Assembly (NCBI GenBank): GCA_034679465.1
Contig: JAXDAV010000010.1
Coordinates: 1,963-65,962 of the forward strand
Source: Candidatus Aminicenantes bacterium
GTDB taxonomy: Bacteria > Acidobacteriota > Aminicenantia > Aminicenantales > Saccharicenantaceae
Direction: 5' to 3'
Length of the DNA stretch: 64,000 nucleotides
The position numbers and the translations under genes were made by a program. How positions within the stretch are numbered: the stretch's first letter is position 1; the number at the start of each line of letters is the position of its first letter. This document shows positions 34,572-42,299 of the stretch, piece after piece. A model generated the notes under the pieces. The model made no database searches. It was given only the letters and a program-made list of their open reading frames with translations, and was not told where the DNA came from.

Positions 34572-35265
34572 GCGGGCGGCGGGGCCGGGCGGCCTCGTCC
34601 TGGCCCTCGTTTATGCGGAGCTGGCCGTCGCCCTGACCCTTCTCGCCACGGGCCTTCACTTCCGCCGCCGGCGTGAGGGGGCCGGCGAGATCGAGGCCGT
34701 GCGCCTCTACTTCGCGGCCTTCTTCGTCCTTCTCCTCGCCGTCCCGTGCCTCTTCGTCGTCCTGGCGGCAGAGAGGCCGCTCGACGCGCTGGCGTCGTTC
34801 GGGTGGACCTTCGGCCGGGCGGGCCTGGGCGCGGCGTTGGTCCTGGCCGGCCTGCCGCTCGCCGTGCTGGCCGGATTCCTGGGATCGCGCGACCCGGCCA
34901 TGCGGAAGATGTACCCGCTCGCCAAGGCCGCCTGCGCGGACGCCCGGACCTTCGCGGCCTACGAGCTGTCCTATCTCGTCCTCTATTACCTGCCGTGAGA
35001 GTCCGTCTTCCGGGGCGTCCTGTTCCTCCCCCTCGTCCCGGCGATCGGGCTCATCCCCGCCCTGGCCGTGCAGACCATCGTCTCGACCGTCCTTCACATC
35101 GGCCACCCCGACACGGAGGTCCATGCGGCGGCGGGCGCCGGGGTGGTCTTCGGCCTGATCGCCTTCTTCACCGGGTCGTTCCTCTACCCCTTCATCCTCC
35201 ACGCGGCGACCGGGGTGGCCACGGATGCGTTCCTGTTCCTCCGCGCGCGGCGGGGCGGGTCTTGA
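34555..35265 (+). pseudogene. CPBP-family (CAAX/Abi-like) intramembrane protease interrupted by one in-frame TGA
   Basis: Track ORFs 34330..34998 and 35068..35265 share one frame. Read-through gives ..LVLYYLP-TGA-ESVFRGVLF.., i.e. the stop sits at the first position of the conserved (E/W)ExxFRG motif. Downstream are STVLHIGH and FILHAATG (the His motifs). GTG 34555 is the probable start. Confidence 0.6.
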
Positions 35266-36275
35266 GGATCCTCGTCACCGGCGCGACCGGGTTCGTCGGC
35301 GCGGTCCTCATGCCCCGTCTCGTCGAGCGTTACGGACGCCAGGCCGTCGACGCCTTCGTCCTCCCGGGCGACGGGATCCCGGCGACGTGGCGGGAGGCGG
35401 GCGTGCGGATCTTTCCCGGCGATATCGCCGATGAGGCCGCGGTGGCGGCGGCGGTGCGGGGACACGACCGGGTCATCCACATGGCGGGCGTCATCTCCTA
35501 CTGGAAGGAGGATGCCGGGAAGCTGAAGGCGGTGAACGAGGACGGGGTCCGGGCCGTCGTCGAGGCCTCGCTCGCGTCCGGCGTCGGGCGCCTCGTCCAC
35601 ATCTCGTCCGTCGGCGCGGTGGGCTTCCGCGCGGACGGCGCGCCGGCCGATGAGACGACGCCTTACAACTGGCCCCCGGACATCCTCTATATGGCCTCGA
35701 AGCGCCGGGGCCAGGACATCGTCGAGCGGGCGGCGCGGAAGCGCGGCCTCCGGGCGGTCATCCTCAACCCGGGCTCGATCATGGGGCCGGGCGACCACGA
35801 TCCGGCGACGCCGCACAACCGGCTTTACGGGATGATCGGCCGCCGGGTCCAGATCGGCTCGTTCGCCGGCGGCCTGGCCATCGTCGACGTCCGGGACCTC
35901 GCCGCGCTCATCCTCAAGGCGGTCGAGGGACGCGGCCGCGACGGAGAAAGCTACCTGGTCGTCGGGGCCAACCTGCCCTACGCCGAGGTCGTCCGGCGCA
36001 TCAGCCGGGCCTGCGGGCGGAGGGCCTATCCCTTCCGGGTCCCGGGACCCCTGTTCACGACGGCCGGCCGCGTGTTCGAGCTGGCGGCGTGCCGGACCGG
36101 GCGGCGGCCTCTCCTCACCGCGGCCTACGGCCGGCTGAGCGGCTGGACGGCCTTTTATGACAACGCCAAGAGCCGCCGGGAATTCGACCACCGCTACATC
36201 GACGCCGATGCGACGATCGCCGACGGCTGGGCCTACTACCGGGATGCGTTCGGGGTCAAACCTATACGTTTTTAA
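35262..36275 (+). CDS. NAD-dependent epimerase/dehydratase (extended SDR), paralog 3
   Basis: TTG 35262 overlaps the upstream stop (TTGA) and is needed to include ILVTGATGFVG. ILYMASK (YxxxK). The last 7 codons plus stop (GVKPIRF*) are encoded by repeat A1. Confidence 0.75.
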   Translation: MRILVTGATGFVGAVLMPRLVERYGRQAVDAFVLPGDGIPATWREAGVRIFPGDIADEAAVAAAVRGHDRVIHMAGVISYWKEDAGKLKAVNEDGVRAVVEASLASGVGRLVHISSVGAVGFRADGAPADETTPYNWPPDILYMASKRRGQDIVERAARKRGLRAVILNPGSIMGPGDHDPATPHNRLYGMIGRRVQIGSFAGGLAIVDVRDLAALILKAVEGRGRDGESYLVVGANLPYAEVVRRISRACGRRAYPFRVPGPLFTTAGRVFELAACRTGRRPLLTAAYGRLSGWTAFYDNAKSRREFDHRYIDADATIADGWAYYRDAFGVKPIRF

Positions 36276-36395
36276 TTTTTCATTCGTTCAGGCCGGAACT
36301 CACCCAGCCCGGGCTATTCATAAAAACGCCTCGGTTCGTGAATAATCCACGCCGGTTGCCCTGAAAAAAAGTAAAAACGTATAGGTTTGACCCCG
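36251..36395. repeat. repeat family A copy 1 (MITE-like), 145 bp with 24-bp perfect terminal inverted repeats
   Basis: CGGGGTCAAACCTATACGTTTTTA (36251-36274) is the exact reverse complement of 36372-36395. It has an AT-rich core and lies between convergent genes. Confidence 0.8.
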
Positions 36396-36397
36396 TC

Positions 36398-38269
36398 TTA
36401 ACGGACGCGGACGGGCAGGACCACGCGGGACGGGCAGGCCTTGGACCGGTAGACGCGCTGAGTCGCCGGCCGGTAATCCGAGGCCTTGGCCTCGAAGATG
36501 TTCTCGACGAACGTCTGCGGATTCCGGTCGATCAGCGGGAACCAGGTGCTCTGGACCTGGACCATGATCTTGTGGCCTTTGAGGAAGCGGTGGTCCGCGC
36601 CGTGGAGGTCGATCATGAACTCCGTCGCCTGGCCGGGCCGGAGCGGCTCCGGCCGCTCGAAGCTCCGATGGAAGCGCCCGCGGAAAACCTCGTTGGCGAC
36701 CATCAGCTGGTAGCCGCCCATGGTCGGCTCGGCCGGATAGTCCTCGGGATAGACGTCGATGAGCTTGACCACCCAGTCGCTGTCCGTGCCGGTCGTCGAG
36801 GCGAACAGGCGGGCCGTGATGTCGCCGGTCACGGTGACGTCGGCCTTCAGGGGCTCCGTCTCCCAGCTGAGCACGTCGGGCCTGAGGTGGGCGAAGCGCT
36901 GGTCGCCGACGAGCCACGTCCGCCAGCCCGAGCCGCGCGAGTCGTAGGTCGGTTCGATCGGCCGGGGACGGTAGGGCACCGGACGCGCCGGGTCGGAAAC
37001 GTAGCTGTCGAAAGCGCCGGCGTCATCCGCGTCCGGAGGGTCGAACGACAGCCGCCCGTCCTCACGGAAATACAGGCTGCGCTCCTCGGTGAGGCGCCGG
37101 GGCGGCCAGGCCTCGTACGTCTGCCAGGCGTTCGTCCCGGTCTCGAACGTGACCGCCTCGGGGGCCGTCCAGCCGGCCTTGTCCTTCAGGTAATGGGCGA
37201 AGAACGGGGCCTGGATCCTGGCCCGGTAGTAGGCCGACGTGTCGCTGCCGAATTTGATCCGTCCGAGCGCGTCCCCTCCCGTGCGCATCCAGCCGCCATG
37301 GTTCCAGGGCCCGGCGACGAAGAAGCTCTCCCCCCGGGCGTCGAAAGGCTCGAGCGTCCTGTAGATCTTCTGCGGGCCGTAGAGGTCTTCCTGGTCCCAC
37401 CAGCCGGCCACGTGGAGCGTCGGGACCGTCACCCGCTTCAGGTAGGGGGCCATGGCCTGCCTCTGCCAGAAGGCGTCGTAGTTCGGGTGGGCGACGAAAT
37501 CGTTCCAGCTGGGGATCCGGCCGAGGAGGATGCGCTCGTTGACCGCGCCGAGCGGACCGAGCCGGAGGTACCATTCGAAGGTGTCGTAGCGGTCGAAGCG
37601 GAAGGCGAAGCTCTCCTTGGTCGTCTCCATCATGGCCGCGTACTCGAACCCGTAGCTCAGCCGGAAGGCCCCGTTGTGATGGAAGTCGTCGCCGAGATAC
37701 ATGTCGGCCGGCGAGGCCTGGGGCGAGACCGCCCGAACGGCGGGGTGCGGGTCGATCATGGCCATGGCCGTGAGCCAGCCGTCGTAGGAGACGCCCATGA
37801 GGCCGGCCCGGCCGTTGTGGCCGGGGACGCGGGCCAGGAGCCAGGCCACGGTATCGTAGGCGTCGGTCGACTCGTCCACGGCCCGGGGGTCTTGCGGGTC
37901 GCGCGGCGGCCGCATCATGACGAAGGTCCCCTCGGACTTGAACCGGCCGCGGATGTCCTGGACGACGAAGATGTAGCCGTCGGCCACGAGCTCGCGATAG
38001 GGCTCGGCCTGAAGGAACTGGGCCGAATCCGGCGCGCCGTAGGGGGTCCGGCGGAGCAGGAACGGCAGCGGCCCCGCCGCGGCCTTGGGAGCGAAGACGA
38101 CCGTGTGGAGCTTCACCCCGTCCCGCATCGGGACCATCGCCCGGCTGACCGTGAATTCCGGGGCCGCGCCGCCGGCCCGTCCGTTCCCAGCGAGGCCGGC
38201 GGCGGCCGCGACCAGGGCCGCGGCCAGGACGGGATAGAAGCTCTTCATCCGGCGCCGCTGAGCGTTCAT
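36398..38269 (-). CDS. CocE/NonD-family hydrolase (X-Pro dipeptidyl-peptidase S15-like)
   Basis: 623 aa. Signal peptide. LLRRTPYG, GVSYDGW (nucleophile elbow) and a C-terminal beta-sandwich domain pattern. Confidence 0.8.
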   Translation of the reverse strand: MNAQRRRMKSFYPVLAAALVAAAAGLAGNGRAGGAAPEFTVSRAMVPMRDGVKLHTVVFAPKAAAGPLPFLLRRTPYGAPDSAQFLQAEPYRELVADGYIFVVQDIRGRFKSEGTFVMMRPPRDPQDPRAVDESTDAYDTVAWLLARVPGHNGRAGLMGVSYDGWLTAMAMIDPHPAVRAVSPQASPADMYLGDDFHHNGAFRLSYGFEYAAMMETTKESFAFRFDRYDTFEWYLRLGPLGAVNERILLGRIPSWNDFVAHPNYDAFWQRQAMAPYLKRVTVPTLHVAGWWDQEDLYGPQKIYRTLEPFDARGESFFVAGPWNHGGWMRTGGDALGRIKFGSDTSAYYRARIQAPFFAHYLKDKAGWTAPEAVTFETGTNAWQTYEAWPPRRLTEERSLYFREDGRLSFDPPDADDAGAFDSYVSDPARPVPYRPRPIEPTYDSRGSGWRTWLVGDQRFAHLRPDVLSWETEPLKADVTVTGDITARLFASTTGTDSDWVVKLIDVYPEDYPAEPTMGGYQLMVANEVFRGRFHRSFERPEPLRPGQATEFMIDLHGADHRFLKGHKIMVQVQSTWFPLIDRNPQTFVENIFEAKASDYRPATQRVYRSKACPSRVVLPVRVR

Positions 38270-38361
38270 GGCGATCTCCTTCCGGCGATGATATCGCCGG
38301 CCCCGGCGCGCGTCAACCGCCTTCTTCCGCCTTCCTCCCGCCGGTCCCTCCTTCCCGTCAA

Positions 38362-38390
38362 TTGACAGGAGGGGGAGCAGGGCCTAGAAT
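38362..38390 (+). promoter_or_regulatory. sigma70-like promoter of ispH
   Basis: TTGACA (38362-38367), 17-nt spacer, TAGAAT (38385-38390), 21 nt before the ATG. The boxes and -10-to-ATG distance are the same as at xylB. Confidence 0.45.
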
Positions 38391-38411
38391 CGAAGCACCG
38401 GGAAACGCCCC

Positions 38412-39287
38412 ATGAAGATCGTTCTGTCCGAGACGCTCAGCTACTGCTTCGGGGTCCGCAAGACCCTCGAGCTGACCGACCGGCTCCTCGCCGACCGCCC
38501 CGACCGGACCTATTACATGCTCGGCGAGATCGTCCATAACGAGCACGTCATCGAGGCCCTGCGGGCCAAGGGCCTGCGCCTCGTCCAGACCCTCGACGAC
38601 GTCCCTCCGGGCGGCGTCGTCATCCTTCAGAGCCACGGCTCGACCCGGGCGCGCTATGCCGAGCTCGCCGCGCGCGGCCTCGAGTTCGTCGACGCCACGT
38701 GCCCCATGGTCCGGATCATCCACGACCGGATCCGCGAGGTCGAGGCCCAAGGCCGCGTTCCGGTGGTCATCGGCCAGGTCGGCCACGAGGAAGTCCGGGG
38801 CATCGTCGGCCAGGTCTCCCGGGCCCTCGTCGTCAAGTCGCCCGAGGAGGTGACGCCCGAGCTCTTCGAGGGCGTCGGCCGGGCCGGCGTCGTCGCCCAA
38901 TCCACCTTCGTCGAGGAGGAGGCCCGCCGGATCGTCGAGCGCATCTGCGGCCTCGTCCCCGACGTCGTCTTTCACGATACCATCTGCCGGCCGACCAAGA
39001 CGCGCCAGCGCGAGGTCGAGCGGCACACGCGCAAGGCCGACTGGGTCATCGTCATCGGTTCCCGCCACAGCGCCAACACCAGGCACCTGTTCAACATCGC
39101 CCGGGCCATCAACCCGCGGACCCACCTGATCGACCGGCCGGAGAGCGTCGAAGACATCGCCATCCCGGAGGGGGCGACCGTCTTCATCGCCTCGGGCGCG
39201 TCGACGCCCCTGGAGCTCATCGTCGAAGTCGTCCGGCGCCTCGAAACCCGGGGCGCGTCGGGCGCCGGGAAGGACGGCCGGGCGTGA
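38412..39287 (+). CDS. ispH: 4-hydroxy-3-methylbut-2-enyl diphosphate reductase
   Basis: 291 aa. The three cluster cysteines occur in YCFGV, DATCPMV and DTICRPT contexts. SANTRHL motif. Confidence 0.9.
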   Translation: MKIVLSETLSYCFGVRKTLELTDRLLADRPDRTYYMLGEIVHNEHVIEALRAKGLRLVQTLDDVPPGGVVILQSHGSTRARYAELAARGLEFVDATCPMVRIIHDRIREVEAQGRVPVVIGQVGHEEVRGIVGQVSRALVVKSPEEVTPELFEGVGRAGVVAQSTFVEEEARRIVERICGLVPDVVFHDTICRPTKTRQREVERHTRKADWVIVIGSRHSANTRHLFNIARAINPRTHLIDRPESVEDIAIPEGATVFIASGASTPLELIVEVVRRLETRGASGAGKDGRA

Positions 39288-40351
39288 CCTTCGAGGCCTT
39301 CTTCGCCTCCGCGGGCCGGCGCCTCCGCCGCGACCTGGACGAGTTCCTGGCCGCCAAGCGCGGCGACCTCGCGGGCCTGAGGCCTTGGGGAAGCGACGTC
39401 CTGAGGCGGCTCGGCGCGTTCGCCCGGAAAGGCAAGATGCTCCGGGGCGGGCTCGTCGCGCTCGGCTGCGAGATGGCCGGCGGCCGGGCCGGCGCGGCCG
39501 CCGCCGTCCGGGCCGGCACCGCCTTCGAGCTCATCCAGTCGGGCCTTCTCATCCACGACGACATCATGGACCGCGACGCCCGGCGGCGCGGCGGCCCGTC
39601 CATCCACGCGCAGTACGCGCGCCTCGCGCCGCGCCCCGGCGGGGCCGAGGCGGACCACTTCGGGACGAGCATGGCCATCTGCGCCGGCGAGATCGCCGTC
39701 TTCCTCGCTTTCGAGGCCTTGGCCGGCGTTCCCGGCCCGCCGAAGCGGGTGACCGCCGTTCAGAAGCTCTTCGCCGCGGAGTTCGGGCGCGTCGGCCTCG
39801 GCCAGATGCTCGATATCGAGGCCGGAGCGGCCCGGAAACGGCTGTCCGAGCGGAAGGTCCTCGGGATCTACCGGGCCAAGACGGCCCGCTATTCGTTCGG
39901 CCTGCCGCTCGCCGCGGGCTGGATCCTCGGCGGCGGCTGGCCCGGGGCCCTCCCGGCCCTGGAGCGGCTCGGCGTCGATCTCGGCCTGGTCTTCCAGATC
40001 AAGGACGACGAGATCGGGCTGTTCGGGAGCGCGGCGACCACGGGAAAGCCGGTCGGCTCCGATATCCGCCAGGGCAAGATGACGCTCTACGCGATCGGCC
40101 TCCTCGACCGGGCCGGCGGGCCCGAAGCCGACCGTCTGAGGGCCGTGTTCGGCCGTCCGGACGCGACGGAGGAGGACATTCGATATGTCCGGGACCTCGC
40201 GGAGAGCCTCGGAGTCCGGGAAAGGGTCCGGCGGGTCATGGCCCGCCAGGCCCGCAGGGCCGGGGATGAGATCCGGACCCTTCCCGTCCGGCAACGGCAT
40301 CGCGACCTCCTGAGAGGGTTGCTCGACTACAGCCTGAACCGGAGGCGCTGA
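39284..40351 (+). CDS. polyprenyl diphosphate synthase (trans-IPPS; product chain length not determinable)
   Basis: GTG 39284 overlaps the ispH stop (GTGA). First Asp-rich motif LIHDDIMDRDARRRG. Second motif FQIKDDEIGLFG. Confidence 0.8.
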   Translation: MTFEAFFASAGRRLRRDLDEFLAAKRGDLAGLRPWGSDVLRRLGAFARKGKMLRGGLVALGCEMAGGRAGAAAAVRAGTAFELIQSGLLIHDDIMDRDARRRGGPSIHAQYARLAPRPGGAEADHFGTSMAICAGEIAVFLAFEALAGVPGPPKRVTAVQKLFAAEFGRVGLGQMLDIEAGAARKRLSERKVLGIYRAKTARYSFGLPLAAGWILGGGWPGALPALERLGVDLGLVFQIKDDEIGLFGSAATTGKPVGSDIRQGKMTLYAIGLLDRAGGPEADRLRAVFGRPDATEEDIRYVRDLAESLGVRERVRRVMARQARRAGDEIRTLPVRQRHRDLLRGLLDYSLNRRR

Positions 40352-40371
40352 AGGGCCCCTGTGCCGGCGGG

Positions 40372-40426
40372 GGGTGAGATCTCACCCGGCGAATCACCCT
40401 TTGGGGTGATTGACCCCCTGGGGGGG
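40372..40426 (+). promoter_or_regulatory. cluster of hairpins/palindromes in the leader of the PilZ gene
   Basis: GGGTGAGATCTCACCC (40372-40387, perfect 16-nt palindrome). AATCACCC-TTTG-GGGTGATT (40392-40411). CCCCCTGGGGG (40414-40424). The first two share GGGTGA/TCACCC arms, so alternative pairings are possible. Confidence 0.4.
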
Positions 40427-40479
40427 CGGAGAGAGGATGGTCGCGATACGACCGTAGCCTCGTTGGGAGGAATTGGACG

Positions 40480-40857
40480 ATGGACAATCGCAAAGACAAG
40501 CGGTTCATGGAACGGAACACCGTATTCATCAAATCGACCTCGAGCGGCGCCGAGGCCTACTACGGCCACGGGATCAACGCCCACACCCACGACCTTTCCC
40601 TCTCCGGGGCCCGCATCTGCACGCCTCACTACTTCCCTGTCGGCAGTGTCGTCCGCATCGTCATCGATCTCGAGCGGACCCACCAGTCCATCAAGGTGGA
40701 CGGCGAGATCAAGTGGACGAAGAAGAGCGAAGAGGACGACGACCTCTTCGAGAGCGGCGTCGAATTCCTGCACAGCATCTCCCAGACCCTGCTCTCCCTG
40801 ATCAAGCACCTCTACGCGGAGCGCAACGGCGGCATCCCGACGGCCATCACGCACTGA
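40480..40857 (+). CDS. PilZ-domain (c-di-GMP binding) protein
   Basis: 125 aa. N-terminal KDKRFMER (RxxxR-like) and HDLSLSGARI (D/NxSxxG) motifs. Confidence 0.75.
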   Translation: MDNRKDKRFMERNTVFIKSTSSGAEAYYGHGINAHTHDLSLSGARICTPHYFPVGSVVRIVIDLERTHQSIKVDGEIKWTKKSEEDDDLFESGVEFLHSISQTLLSLIKHLYAERNGGIPTAITH

Positions 40858-40964
40858 TCGGGCCCGCAAGCCGCCGCGCGGCTGCGGCCCACGCGTCCAC
40901 ACGCGTCCCCGCGCTCTGTTCCCGGCGGCCGGGTTTTGCCCTATAATCGGGGGAACGCAGGACC

Positions 40965-42281
40965 ATGAGCGAGCTTTCGTCCTTCCTCTCGGCCGAAACC
41001 GGACCCCTCGGCGCCCGGGTCGAAGAGCTTGTCCGGGAGCACGCGAGCCTCTGGCGCTCGGCCCCGGCCGAGCCGGCGGGGCCCCGGAAGCGCTACAGCC
41101 GGTCGGACAAGAAGGTCGTCGAGCGGGAGCTCTCGGGGCTCGTGAACGGCCTCGCCTCGGAGGACGTGAGAACGGCCTTCCTCGAGGGCTCTCTCGACGC
41201 GGCCCGGCTCGAGGAGCTCGCGGCCGGGCTCCGGCCGGGTTTCAAGCGGCTGCTCCGGCTCATCGACCTGCCGCTCGATCGCGTCTATGACGCCCGCTTC
41301 ATCGATTCGACCCGGCGGTTCATCCGGGCGGCCCGCGATTTCGATCCGGGACTCAGTCTGGCCTCCGCCTATCAGGCCCTGCGGAACGTCTGGATCATGA
41401 ACTCGCTCCAGTTCGACCTGGGCCTGCCGGTCGAGCACCACGACGCGGTCTTCGCCTACAGCATGGTCTATCCGTACCTCGACAACCTGCTCGACGACGC
41501 CCGGACCGCCGTCGCCGGAAAGCTCAGCTTCGTCGCCAGGCTCCGGGGCTGGCTCGAAGGGGACGCCCCGGCCGCGGAGTCGGCCGATGAGGAGAGAATC
41601 ATCTCTCTCATCCGGCTCATCGAGGGCCGCTTTCCGCGTCCCGGATTCCCCGGCGTCTACGCGGCCCTGCTGGCCATCTACAACGCCCAGGTGAAGAGCC
41701 TGCTTCAGCAGCGGCCCGACGCGGCGGCGTCCGCAGACGAAATCCTGGCCATCAGCCTGGAAAAGGGCGGCGCCTCGGTCCTCGCCGACGGCTATCTGGT
41801 CGCCGGCGCGCTCCGGCCGGAGGACGAGGATTTCTGCTTCGGATTCGGGACCTTCCTGCAGCTGGCCGACGACCTCCAGGACATCGCCGAGGATTCGCGG
41901 AGCGGGCATCGGACCCTGTTCTCGACGGGCGAGGGCGGCCCGCCGCTCGACCCGACGGCCCTCCGGCTCGAATCCTACCTGGAGTCCGTGCTGGAGAGAG
42001 CGAGACGGGGAACGGCCCCGGGCCGGGACGCGCTGTGCCGGGCGATCGGGGGCGGGCTCGGGCTGATGTTCCGCGAGTCGGCCGGCAAGCACCGCGGACG
42101 GTTCCGGGGGTCTTTCGTGCGCCGGGCCAAGCGCGCCTTCCCGGTGCGCTTCTCGTACCTGCGGAAGATGCGGCGGCGGCTGCAGACGAAGGTGCCGGCC
42201 GGCTGCGACCGTCTGTCCGATCTCGACCCGGGCCTGGTCGCCCTCATGGCCCTGTCGTCGCGGGCCTTCGCCCTCGACTGA
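40965..42281 (+). CDS. putative class IB (YtpB/BalTS-like, DUF2600) terpene synthase
   Basis: 438 aa and all-helical by composition. Asp-rich motifs PYLDNLLDD (aa 170-178) and DDLQDIAED (aa 302-310). It lies downstream of ispH and a polyprenyl synthase. TATAAT at 40942-40947. Confidence 0.5.
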   Translation: MSELSSFLSAETGPLGARVEELVREHASLWRSAPAEPAGPRKRYSRSDKKVVERELSGLVNGLASEDVRTAFLEGSLDAARLEELAAGLRPGFKRLLRLIDLPLDRVYDARFIDSTRRFIRAARDFDPGLSLASAYQALRNVWIMNSLQFDLGLPVEHHDAVFAYSMVYPYLDNLLDDARTAVAGKLSFVARLRGWLEGDAPAAESADEERIISLIRLIEGRFPRPGFPGVYAALLAIYNAQVKSLLQQRPDAAASADEILAISLEKGGASVLADGYLVAGALRPEDEDFCFGFGTFLQLADDLQDIAEDSRSGHRTLFSTGEGGPPLDPTALRLESYLESVLERARRGTAPGRDALCRAIGGGLGLMFRESAGKHRGRFRGSFVRRAKRAFPVRFSYLRKMRRRLQTKVPAGCDRLSDLDPGLVALMALSSRAFALD

Positions 42282-42299
42282 GGCCCCGGGCGGAGACGG

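Noticed and set aside
34996-34998. In-frame TGA as selenocysteine
   Set aside because: The position aligns with Trp/Glu of the CPBP motif, not with a redox Cys. I see no convincing SECIS-like hairpin immediately downstream, and no selenoprotein context. This remains formally untested.
36572-38365. 597-aa plus-strand ORF
   Set aside because: It is antisense to the CocE/NonD hydrolase gene and has no motifs.
40327-40946. ORFs 40327..40902(-), 40361..40801(+) and 40473..40946(+) overlapping the PilZ gene
   Set aside because: Only the 40480..40857 frame shows PilZ motifs, normal amino-acid composition and a GGGAGG ribosome-binding site.
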